Shown here one piece after another: positions 17,301 to 24,912 of a stretch of 24,912 nt of DNA. The DNA is from an uncultured Candidatus Poseidoniales archaeon (lineage in GTDB: Archaea; Thermoplasmatota; Poseidoniia; Poseidoniales; CAYMED01), in NCBI GenBank assembly GCA_964566385.1, contig CAZMJD010000004.1, positions 1-24,912 of the forward strand, read 5' to 3'. Under the pieces are notes generated by a model that was given only the letters and a program-made list of their open reading frames with translations, had not been told where the DNA came from and did not search any database. The number at the start of each line of letters is the position of its first letter. Positions within the stretch are counted from its first letter, which is position 1. Made by a program: the position numbers and the translations under genes.

Positions 17301-18235
17301 ATCACCAATTCCCGCGAACGAGTCGTCAAGGCTTGATGGTCCTCGCCAAGAACCTCTTGAATGGCTTGATTCAGCCGATTGATCTCGTCTCGAGTCTGCT
17401 GTTGTTCTGCCTCCAGAACTTTCATCGCAGTCTTGGCAGAGGAGATCTCCTCACTAGCTGCTGAAAGACCATCCTGCTCATGCTCGATATCCTCGAGCAA
17501 CGTTCTGTGCGTGGTCTGTGCTAGAATGATGCGCGCTCTATCGAGGCCTTGGCGTATCTCTTGTACTCTCAAAGCCTCCTTCCGTTCCGATTCAAGACTG
17601 GAACGACGGTGCTCTTGCTCATCTGCTAAGACTCTGAGGAGGTCCATTGTCTGCTCTGCCTCGGAACGTCGGCGTTCGGCCTTCTGTATTTCACCATCAT
17701 AGGCAGATACTCCTGCTATCTCCTCGAGCACCTTTCTCCTCGCCTTGGGCGTCATATTGGCAAGACTCGTGACATCTCCTTGCAGGACCGTATTGTAACC
17801 TCCAGCTTGCACGCCTGCAGATGCGAGCACTCTGCGTATCTCAGTCAAAGTCGATGGCCGGCCATTGAACTCGTAGGAAGAAATGCCCTTACCACCTTTA
17901 CCAATTCGAACAGAACGGGTGAAGGTTACTTCATCGTCGTTGATTCCAAGACGGCGGCGGCCATTACTTTCAACTGGATTCGAAAAGACAAGGCTCACTG
18001 TCGCACATGTCGCAGGCTTTCCATGTGCACCTCCATCAAAGATCAAATCGGTCGATTGATCGGCACGTAGGCTCTTTGATGACTTTGGACCGAGCACAAA
18101 TTGGATTGCATCGCCAGTATTTGATTTGCCAGAACCATTTGGACCCGTGATGGCTGTAAAGCCCCTCTCAAGGGGGATCTCAATCCTCCCTCCAAACGAT
18201 TTGAAATTCTCCATTACCACCCGATTCAAGTGCAC
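14339..18235 (-). CDS. smc: Chromosome segregation protein SMC
   Basis: NFKSF, Walker A GPNGSGKSN, coiled coils, hinge (GRATFLPL...GGAMTGG), PVNMHAI, signature LSGGEKS and Walker B FYYLDEVD. GTG start. Confidence 0.98.
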   Translation of the reverse strand: MHLNRVVMENFKSFGGRIEIPLERGFTAITGPNGSGKSNTGDAIQFVLGPKSSKSLRADQSTDLIFDGGAHGKPATCATVSLVFSNPVESNGRRRLGINDDEVTFTRSVRIGKGGKGISSYEFNGRPSTLTEIRRVLASAGVQAGGYNTVLQGDVTSLANMTPKARRKVLEEIAGVSAYDGEIQKAERRRSEAEQTMDLLRVLADEQEHRRSSLESERKEALRVQEIRQGLDRARIILAQTTHRTLLEDIEHEQDGLSAASEEISSAKTAMKVLEAEQQQTRDEINRLNQAIQEVLGEDHQALTTRSRELVIALDRAKDRVETLSQAAEDCDLEVARIVEEIDDIEHQLNEVEEGLEEARGKHDGAVSDLKQSTLDHAEAQASVEKGDRHVRELSKELSVLEDEVRTIEDGLGAAKGEFSAASAAHNLAIESLATAEEAEEDAQVEVTGIEHEIDEIKGESGGEEELSTLRKQIHDLNLQEQSLTTSRDEHEGRLRNAQRRLYDAQQAAKQSGSGLPHSLQAVEAVLEASRTGDLEGVHGPLCDLVHPTDESHTQALLLAFGGRLAHVVVEDDSAAQACIQWLKKHNAGRATFLPLNKLKPVRAGRASMLLNKDGVVGLASALVEVNQHFQLAVQHTLRDTVLVDSTSVGRELMGMVRMVSLDGTVFDAGGAMTGGSKQGGMRLNFRRAGRAASEVETCMAEVNRLRMAGETIIGAIERVREQRRDLHKRIHTASESDVKERRRLLDKELSNANRELERSSDLTKKRAKELGVLENTLKNAEQSLKDTEAALEKAIEARDTASESLKQQTPAHLTARLREAETAKHAAEMEIEKQVARIEDHERRVTNLREGLERYQARREAMDEQQKERRQEATSLLDQRAEDEKQLEKVNEEIAQLSSDVRDLQNELNDANDTRSDQAVRAERVSDQIRRHEQRRSTCSRRIEEIREELEEVVGEMNQDEIQPAEDEADLPTVDAATKSVNRLTREIDAIGPVNMHAIDQYDDAVQRLASFATDLTSLEEERESLLSLVSMLEDERVKRLTMVFDQIDENFREIYDLLSAGGSGELRLENPENPFSGGLLMVARPAGKNKRTRLTALSGGEKSMAALAFIFSVQRYDPSPFYYLDEVDQNLDSDNAQRIALLCQKVSHQAQFIMVTLRKVSLQLADHHIGVTHAGDGVSRVLMDLDRTKAIELGEAALAEAKKLEATQKESLASSLPNPEEMPRVPEAPPELVSDVPKVALDGIRRRAADAGESDGDEYMEQDLGPIVERAQQNKENLDTIPEDEEPSLVNLGVAD

Positions 18236-18294
18236 TTAGACCCATCCCCAATCCAGACCGAGGTCTGAATTCGGGCATCATCATCTAATTCACG

Positions 18295-18301
18295 ATATAA
18301 A
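18295..18301 (-). promoter_or_regulatory. Possible TATA box for smc-scpA-scpB
   Basis: TTTATAT on the minus strand about 60 bp upstream of the smc GTG, in a 115-bp intergenic gap. A CAGACC-GA-GGTCTG palindrome (18254-18267) lies between it and the start. Confidence 0.35.
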
Positions 18302-18350
18302 CAGTGCCCAGAAAAGAGTGACCACAACTGGATTGCCAAGCCGCGTTGTC

Positions 18351-19238
18351 TCAGCCACCTTGATTGAGATAACCAGTGTCATTGCACTGACCGCAGCCCG
18401 AACCCGCACAATAGTGGCACATCTGGCCTGCAACTTCACCGTCGTCATCACGCATTCCAAGTTGGAATTCATCGGTATAGCTGTCAAGGTTCATCGACCT
18501 GCGAAGATCTCCTACGGATGCGAATTTATCGACACCTTTGGTCTCCAACTTACCCCTGAATGCCTTGGAATTTTTCCCTCTGAAGGCGTGTGCTTGATTG
18601 AGTGAATCGTCACTCTCAACGGCACCCATAGATATCAGCTCCTGTTTCCTAGAGGCCTCCTTCAAGACACTTCGAGATTTAAGGAAGAATCGAGCACCTA
18701 TCAGGAGCACCGGGATCTGGAAGATGTACTGAACGAATCCGCTGATGAAATCGGGCAATTGAACACCGATCAGATCTGCATACTCGATCGAACGCCGACC
18801 CTCATTGATATCACCGTCGATGAACGGTTGTATAACTCCAACAAAGTCGGCAACGGCGAGGATAATGAGTACAAGGCCGATTGCACCTCTGCGCCGAGCC
18901 TTACGTGCGCGCTTCTTGATCTGTTTCTCACGCTTAGCTCGACGAACCTTGCGTTTCCTCCCCTTCCCCATGAGGAGAGAAAGGAAGATGAGCCCTAGGC
19001 CAGAACCGGCGGCAATCAGGTCAGGTCCTTCGAAGAGCCCAACACTCCCCCGGCAGAGGTTATTGATGGTCTCCTCGTCACCCGCGCTGCTGGCTTCAAT
19101 ACAGTCGGGGAAAAACTCCAACGGTATCTTGAATCGAACGCCCTCACCATCCACCCCAAACCCGACGAGTGCATTGGTCACGCTGAGCGCGGCGACCAGA
19201 AGGCCGAGAAAGGTTAACAGCACCTTAAGCGCCTTCAT
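18351..19238 (-). CDS. Hypothetical membrane protein with C-terminal Cys4 zinc-finger-like motif
   Basis: Four hydrophobic segments, a Lys/Arg-rich loop and C-terminal CHYCAGSGCGQCNDTG. ATG at 19238 follows GGGTGA. Confidence 0.7.
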   Translation of the reverse strand: MKALKVLLTFLGLLVAALSVTNALVGFGVDGEGVRFKIPLEFFPDCIEASSAGDEETINNLCRGSVGLFEGPDLIAAGSGLGLIFLSLLMGKGRKRKVRRAKREKQIKKRARKARRRGAIGLVLIILAVADFVGVIQPFIDGDINEGRRSIEYADLIGVQLPDFISGFVQYIFQIPVLLIGARFFLKSRSVLKEASRKQELISMGAVESDDSLNQAHAFRGKNSKAFRGKLETKGVDKFASVGDLRRSMNLDSYTDEFQLGMRDDDGEVAGQMCHYCAGSGCGQCNDTGYLNQGG

Positions 19239-19323
19239 CAATCACCCACACAACCACTTGGACATAGCCATTCCGCAATCATGCGAACAAGACTTGATGA
19301 GTAGAAGTTGCATCTTTGGGTGA

Positions 19324-20913
19324 ATGAAGGACGTTATTGTCGTCGGTTCAGGTATCGCGGGCCTCACCGTGGGCCTAGGTTGCGCAAAGAAGGGGCACAA
19401 AGTCACCCTCGTGACAAAATCCGACCTCTCTGCCTCTTCTACGAATTGGGCGCAAGGAGGCATAGCAGGAGTGCTTGATGCAGCCAATGAAGACGCGATG
19501 CAGCAACATATCAGAGATACTCTCGAGGCCGGGTGCGGACTGAACGATTTGGACGTGGTTGAAGAAGTGGTGCGCAACGCACCACGATGTCTGGCATCAC
19601 TCATCGAGGCTGGAGTGAACTTCGACCGTGATTCCAAGGGTGAATTCACGATGGCCATGGAAGGGGGGCATTCAGTGGAACGCATCCTACATCACAAAGA
19701 TAGGACCGGTGCTGAGATTGAGGACGTTCTGCTGGCTCGGCTCAAGGAATCAGGAGTCGAGGTCCTTGAAGGGTGGATGGGCATTGACCTGATTCTTTCC
19801 CAACCAAAGGCCTTCGGGGAAGGAGTCGTAGGCCTATGGGTGATGGACACTGAAGGAGCAGTCGTCACACTGGAATCAGAAGCTGTCGTGCTCGCATCAG
19901 GGGGATTCGGCCACATCTTTGAGCGAACGACGAATCCACCCATCTCAACCGGTGACGGACTTATCATGGCTCTGCGCGCAGGTGCAGAGTGCAGAGATCT
20001 TGAGTTCGTGCAATTCCATCCTACTGTCCTTGCCATCGATGGCGAGCGCCCTTTCCTCCTGACTGAAGCGATGAGAGGGGCGGGGGCAATTGTTGCAGAT
20101 ATCGAATCGCATGCTGCATTTCGCAGAGGGACAATCGGCATCGAGGAACTCAGTTTCCTCAACGTGGTTGACCCACGAGGTAATCTAGCGACAAGGGATG
20201 TCATCGCTCGTGCGATTGATCAACGGCTTCAGAGGACAGGTGACCAACATGTCGTTCTTGTCACCGAGCATCTCGATAGTACGATGCTCGAACAACGCTT
20301 CCCTACCATCACTTCACGCCTCTCCTTGCACGGTATCCGAATCGGTCATGATCCAATACCTATTGCACCTGCCGCACACTATGCCGTAGGTGGACTCAAA
20401 GTGGATCTCAAAGGGCATGTTTTCGCAGCAGAGGAATATGGAGGGCAGGTGATTCCTGGACTGTATGCCGTTGGAGAAGTAGCATGTACAGGACTCCATG
20501 GTGCCAATCGGCTCGCATCGAACAGCCTGCTTGAGGCGGTTGTCATGGCATCACATCTCGTTGATCATATCGGCAAAGATAGAGCAATACCTCAGTCTAA
20601 TCAACCTCCACCATGGCGCATGGATGACCTCGGCCATCTCACCGAACATGGCCCACTCACAACTGATCGCATGGCCCTGCAGAGCACGATGACACGTGAT
20701 GTAGGAATCCACCGAAGTGGGCAAAGACTCCAACGCGCACAACGTCGACTCTCACACCTTAGGGAGGAAATTATGCAATTGTGGCGTTCGTGCCGACCAA
20801 CGAGGGACCTTGTTGAATTACGGAACCTGATTTTGGCAGCCGAGGAAGTGACAAAAGCTGCGCTTAACCGCAAGAACAACGTCGGCCTTCATCATAATTC
20901 AGATAGAACTTGA
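19324..20913 (+). CDS. nadB: L-aspartate oxidase
   Basis: GSGIAG, STNWAQGGIA, EGGHS, VQFHPT, LLTEAMRG, HYAVGG and GLHGANRLASNSLLEA. No covalent-FAD His motif of SdhA/FrdA is evident. Confidence 0.92.
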   Translation: MKDVIVVGSGIAGLTVGLGCAKKGHKVTLVTKSDLSASSTNWAQGGIAGVLDAANEDAMQQHIRDTLEAGCGLNDLDVVEEVVRNAPRCLASLIEAGVNFDRDSKGEFTMAMEGGHSVERILHHKDRTGAEIEDVLLARLKESGVEVLEGWMGIDLILSQPKAFGEGVVGLWVMDTEGAVVTLESEAVVLASGGFGHIFERTTNPPISTGDGLIMALRAGAECRDLEFVQFHPTVLAIDGERPFLLTEAMRGAGAIVADIESHAAFRRGTIGIEELSFLNVVDPRGNLATRDVIARAIDQRLQRTGDQHVVLVTEHLDSTMLEQRFPTITSRLSLHGIRIGHDPIPIAPAAHYAVGGLKVDLKGHVFAAEEYGGQVIPGLYAVGEVACTGLHGANRLASNSLLEAVVMASHLVDHIGKDRAIPQSNQPPPWRMDDLGHLTEHGPLTTDRMALQSTMTRDVGIHRSGQRLQRAQRRLSHLREEIMQLWRSCRPTRDLVELRNLILAAEEVTKAALNRKNNVGLHHNSDRT

Positions 20914-21839
20914 GTCGAAGATAGAACGATCCCACGCAAGAGAGCATCAAGCGTCGCCACAGTAGGAGTTGAAACTCCGACCTGCTCAGCGACTCTCAAC
21001 ACCTGACCTGTCAAGGCATCTACCTCGGTGGGGCGACCATGCATGAGATCCTGTAACATACTGCAGTGGTTTCGGGCAGTGGCCACCACTACCTCCCGAT
21101 ATCCATCGACCAGTGCATCAACTTCTGGCACCCTTCTACCAACTGCCTCAGCCACAGAACGCGACTCAAGGAGAGCACAGACTGCCACATCGCCAAGACC
21201 TGAATGCTCCAATAAGCCTCCATTTGGAATTCCCGCAATAGCACAGGTTGGGTTGATGGCGACGTTGATGCACAATTTCCACCACTGACGGTCGAGAATG
21301 CCAGCATTCCATCGAGCGGCAAGTCCCGCTTCATTCATCAGCGTGATCAGGTCTGTTGGAGTCTCGGATGAATCAGGTCCGGGTCCGATCTCTATTGCCC
21401 CTTGGCCCGTCCACTCGATGACGCCCACATCTCTGCGTAGAGCACCATGGCTGATGACAGAGCGATACATCTTCTGTTGGACTCCCCGGGCACGCAGTGT
21501 TTCCTCATGTCCAATGCCATTCATCACGCAGACCAAGATTCCAGATGGAGTAAGAGCGCGAAATACCCCATTCGAGATATCTGACAGGGAATTCGTCTTC
21601 AGGCAGACGAAGAGAACATCCACTGATTCAGGTTCAGGATCATTCGATGAATGCACTGACCAACGCTCACCTGCAACGTGTTTGGGCAGATCATCTGAAT
21701 CAATGAGTGTCAGGCCTTCAACGATGAGATTCGGGGCCGAATGTTCGGACGCAAAAAGATGAATCTCAGCATCAGTGAGTGATAATCGCGACGCGATCAG
21801 GCCACCAATGGCACCAACCCCGAGGATGCCGATCCTCAT
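20892..21839 (-). CDS. panE: Ketopantoate (2-dehydropantoate) reductase
   Basis: MRIGILGVGAIGG Rossmann motif, CLKT, VMNGIG, WWKLCINVAINP and SMLQDL...TEVD. Confidence 0.92.
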   Translation of the reverse strand: MRIGILGVGAIGGLIASRLSLTDAEIHLFASEHSAPNLIVEGLTLIDSDDLPKHVAGERWSVHSSNDPEPESVDVLFVCLKTNSLSDISNGVFRALTPSGILVCVMNGIGHEETLRARGVQQKMYRSVISHGALRRDVGVIEWTGQGAIEIGPGPDSSETPTDLITLMNEAGLAARWNAGILDRQWWKLCINVAINPTCAIAGIPNGGLLEHSGLGDVAVCALLESRSVAEAVGRRVPEVDALVDGYREVVVATARNHCSMLQDLMHGRPTEVDALTGQVLRVAEQVGVSTPTVATLDALLRGIVLSSTQVLSEL

Positions 21840-24391
21840 ACAACCTCACCGAGGTGGGAGGCAAGATGGATGATGATTTCACCATCTGCGACACTCAACC
21901 AAGCGGTTGCTCGATCACCTTGAGCACCATTGAATGAAAGGTTCAGCGTCACATTCTCTCCTGGCTCGACAGAATTCGGCGGAGCTATCTCGAAGGAGAG
22001 GCCAAGGCCCTGTGTATTCTGGAGACCACCATAACTGAAGGACGAGAGACGTACTGCCTCCTTACCTAAATTCTGGATGACCACAGTGCTATTCTGCGCA
22101 GTTTCATCAGCGATGAGGAGGGAATCCCATGCTGCAGTCCAATGACCACTGGTATTGACAAGGAGAGGAGGACCATCGACCACATCCATTGTGAACTGTA
22201 GATTCTGGTCATCACATCCAAGAACCGTGGTCGAGGGAAAGAGACGCATCGAGAGGTTCGCTTCAGTAGGGAGGGGCATGGCAAGCACTGCAGATGGAAT
22301 CGCCCTCCATTCGACCACCCCTTCACTAGACCCCATCTGGACGACCGAACCGGGACATCTCAGCGTCCCATTCATGCTCTCAGTCGGTACGACACGGAGG
22401 GCAGTGACTGAATTATTCCATGAGGCGGGTAGAGAAGGTGACGCAGAAGTCCCATTCGTGAACATCACATGCCCATCACTCCAGCGCACAAGATTTCCTT
22501 GACCCACGCGGACGGTGAGATTCCAGTTCAGTCGCTGACCATTGTCGAAACGCCCCTCTAATTCAACCCTGAACATCCCTTTATCATCGACATCCCTCAA
22601 CAGAGAACCTGATTCTCCAAGGGCTCTAAGAGTGTGCTTCTGAACCACTTTGGAGCCCTCAATGAGGGTCGTCGCAGAGTCGAGAGTCAACCCCGAGTGA
22701 GGGAGACTGAGATTGAGAGGATATTCACTGTCCAAGGAGATGTTCAACTCTAGGACTGGAGAGATATGGTCGCCATTCCACCCCCAGCCGGTGTCGTTGG
22801 TCCATGCCGGTGCGGATGGAAGGAAGTACATCGATTTCCACTCCCCAACCCCGATTCGGAAATCAATGGAAGGAACCGGGCCAATTGTCTCAACGGGAGG
22901 GGAGATCCACGCAATATCGACCTTCACAGTTTCACCTGGAAGCAGTTCGGTGCCGGAGCATTCGGCATTGGGAAGTACGGAGGTCGCTGAACCAGGACAA
23001 ACGAGTGTGAAGAGCCATCCTTCTGTCCGACTCGGTTGATTCGCCTGTAGATACCAACTGCTCGGGGTCAATCCATCCTGCTGAATAATGATGGATTTGG
23101 AACCTTCACTGTCAGGAGGAATATCAAATATCATCTCGTCGAAATCTAAGAAAATAACATTCGCCGACCTATCCTCACTGCTAGCGACTGGAGCATATGC
23201 CGGTAACAGAAGAAGAAGAAGAGCGATGAGGGCAAAAGAGACACGGAATTTGAGTCGTCGGTCAAGATCGCGGTCTGGGTCCAGAAGAAGGGGGTTCGAA
23301 ACATCACCTCCAAGGGAATTATTGAGCATCAATGCAGCAATTGCAAGTAGAATCCACGGCAGAACATCATCCACCTGCTCGGAAGGAGGTTGGAAGAGAA
23401 GAATCAACACGACGATGATGATAGCAGCCCGCAGGAATTGGTTGAGACGACTGTTAGCTTGATCCGGACCAACAAGAGCAACGAGAAGGCGAGATCCAGG
23501 AAAAGTGGGGACCGGGAGTAGCATCACCCAGCCAACAAGGACCATCCATAGACCCGCCATAGCGGTGGGGTGGAGCCAAGCACTACGCAATCCTAAGTCG
23601 TCGGCACCAATGAGAGATGACAGCACGACATTGATGGAGGCAGAGAAGTGAATCACCGGTCCAGAACTCACGATATCGGTTGATGTAGGAGTCATCGCGA
23701 CTCCAATGAGAATGAGGAAGATTCCCGAGATGCAGAGAATCAAGGGCATGGTCAATGAAGCGAGGGCTAGGCGCCTTCGATCAGACCACATCATCGACTC
23801 CATTCGAGGAAAGGAGATCATCGTAAGGATTCCAAAGGGCCAAGCCGCCAACGGAAAGGGAAAAGGAATGGGAAAGGATCCGGAATGAGGCATATCCAAC
23901 ATGCGCATGACGGTACGTTGGATTCCGTAACCAAGACCGAGAACTATGAGAATAGGTGCAGTATACTCCAAACCTGATCGTAACCAGAGTGAGTGGTCGG
24001 ACCAATTCCCTTGCCCGTTCTCAACAAGCCATCTGATGCCCATCAACAATGTTGACAGAGTGGTCACGGCCCAAGCGAGGAGGATCCATTTGTTCTCGAT
24101 GATTCCCATCGGTTGCGGACGTGGCAGAACGATTGCAGACCATCGTTTCCTGCGGCGCAATCGGAGGGTCAGATTCAGGCCAGCGAGATGGTCGATGGAA
24201 CGATGAAGTCGTCCAATGGCGTCAGACTCATCTTCAACAGGGTGGATAGACCATGCAGGTAAGGGACCAGAAATGCGGTCGATAGTGGAATACTCGCGCT
24301 CGATGATTCTCTCAAGGAGGTCCCGCTCATCCCATACCGACTCGTCGACCTCAAGAGGCGGCGGGAGGTCGTCTGAAGTCCTTCGGGCCAC
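21836..24391 (-). CDS. Site-2-protease (M50)-like membrane protein lacking catalytic motifs, with large C-terminal soluble region
   Basis: Layout matches archaeal M50 proteins (FPIPFP...PFG, DRRRLA, LLPV...G.RLL), but the HExxH position reads GYGIQ and the LDG position reads FPG. About 450 aa of beta-rich C-terminus follow. GTG start. Confidence 0.7.
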   Translation of the reverse strand: MARRTSDDLPPPLEVDESVWDERDLLERIIEREYSTIDRISGPLPAWSIHPVEDESDAIGRLHRSIDHLAGLNLTLRLRRRKRWSAIVLPRPQPMGIIENKWILLAWAVTTLSTLLMGIRWLVENGQGNWSDHSLWLRSGLEYTAPILIVLGLGYGIQRTVMRMLDMPHSGSFPIPFPFPLAAWPFGILTMISFPRMESMMWSDRRRLALASLTMPLILCISGIFLILIGVAMTPTSTDIVSSGPVIHFSASINVVLSSLIGADDLGLRSAWLHPTAMAGLWMVLVGWVMLLPVPTFPGSRLLVALVGPDQANSRLNQFLRAAIIIVVLILLFQPPSEQVDDVLPWILLAIAALMLNNSLGGDVSNPLLLDPDRDLDRRLKFRVSFALIALLLLLLPAYAPVASSEDRSANVIFLDFDEMIFDIPPDSEGSKSIIIQQDGLTPSSWYLQANQPSRTEGWLFTLVCPGSATSVLPNAECSGTELLPGETVKVDIAWISPPVETIGPVPSIDFRIGVGEWKSMYFLPSAPAWTNDTGWGWNGDHISPVLELNISLDSEYPLNLSLPHSGLTLDSATTLIEGSKVVQKHTLRALGESGSLLRDVDDKGMFRVELEGRFDNGQRLNWNLTVRVGQGNLVRWSDGHVMFTNGTSASPSLPASWNNSVTALRVVPTESMNGTLRCPGSVVQMGSSEGVVEWRAIPSAVLAMPLPTEANLSMRLFPSTTVLGCDDQNLQFTMDVVDGPPLLVNTSGHWTAAWDSLLIADETAQNSTVVIQNLGKEAVRLSSFSYGGLQNTQGLGLSFEIAPPNSVEPGENVTLNLSFNGAQGDRATAWLSVADGEIIIHLASHLGEVV

Positions 24392-24476
24392 CAGACCGAC
24401 GACCAGCAGCCGGAGGTCTTGAGGGTATGCAAACGCTTCATCGATGTTTCATAGTCTTCATTCTCACTACATCGGG

Positions 24477-24912
24477 TCATTCCTCAGAAGCCAGCAGCTC
24501 TGCTTCGGTCATCTGTGCTGCCTTCAGGAACTCAGTGAATTGGATCACACCGTCACTGTTCTGATCAATCATATCGAACATCTCCTAAAATGGGACTCTA
24601 CTTCTTCGGAAAGGTGAAGGAGATGATTCACACGTGGAGAGAACGTCAACATGGAAGGGGATTCAGATATCCATGGCAGGCCAGCAGGTCATTTCCTCGC
24701 AGGGGATCCAGCCTGGTGGACACCACCAGTAGGTCCAGCCTGGTCGAAATCTCAGAATGATGAGGAAGATGACCGCAAGGCAAGAACACAGCGGAATCTG
24801 GAAGCCCTCAGTAAACGCGAGCTGAATATTCCTGACTCATGCTCGAATTGGCGCAGACAGAGATTAAGGCTGCTCGGCACTGGATTCCTCTTACCTGCTG
24901 CACTATCACCGA
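24477..24912 (-). pseudogene. Frameshifted 3' fragment of a membrane protein with C-terminal EF-hand (pseudogene or sequence errors); runs off the window edge
   Basis: Minus strand EMFDMIDQNSDGVIQFTEFLKAA...EE* ends at 24477 with a canonical EF loop. It is preceded by an in-frame TAG (24585-24587) and joins SEEVESHF only through a 1-nt shift. Hydrophobic fragments (LAVIFLIILRF) lie in other frames, and the ORF track shows nothing of 60 aa or more here. Confidence 0.55.

Noticed and set aside
14359-18070. Many 60-190 aa ORFs inside smc
   Set aside because: Shadow or alternate-frame ORFs of a long coiled-coil gene, with no independent coding signal.
19242-19685. 147-aa minus-strand ORF (and 19692-20204) overlapping nadB
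   Set aside because: Antisense to well-supported nadB, with Ser/Thr/Pro-rich shadow composition.
24175-24480. 101-aa minus-strand ORF overlapping the M50-like start
   Set aside because: Mostly out-of-frame overlap with the M50-like gene and no motif; more likely incidental.
1-24912. tRNA, rRNA, transposase, integrase or prophage
   Set aside because: Intergenic gaps are short and show no cloverleaf or rRNA signature, and no ORF has mobile-element motifs.

Overview
Core-genome segment of an archaeon: it carries aIF2-gamma, ribosomal protein S6e and Cdc6/Orc1. The gene set and style suggest Thermoplasmatota, most likely Marine Group II/Poseidoniales (inference from recalled protein families; no search was run). 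Gene order: membrane protein; thymidylate kinase with a long C-terminal extension; DUF2085; ferritin-like protein; then a minus-strand run (AAA-like ATPase-wHTH, putative beta-propeller, DUF357, cdc6, rps6e, eif2g, PIN, MFS); class II HMG-CoA reductase; smc-scpA-scpB; Zn-finger membrane protein; nadB; panE; an apparently inactive site-2-protease-like protein; and a frameshifted EF-hand membrane gene fragment at the right edge. No rRNA, tRNA, CRISPR or mobile element was seen. The strongest unexplained signal is an AT-rich intergenic array of about five near-palindromic TTAACRYGTYAA-type boxes (11308-11443), including an exact 17-bp direct repeat. It lies directly upstream of an uncharacterised ATPase-winged-helix gene and between cdc6 and smc-scpAB, so it is a candidate origin, partition/loading site or operator array. 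cdc6 carries an in-frame TGA before its conserved C-terminus, which may be a sequence error.
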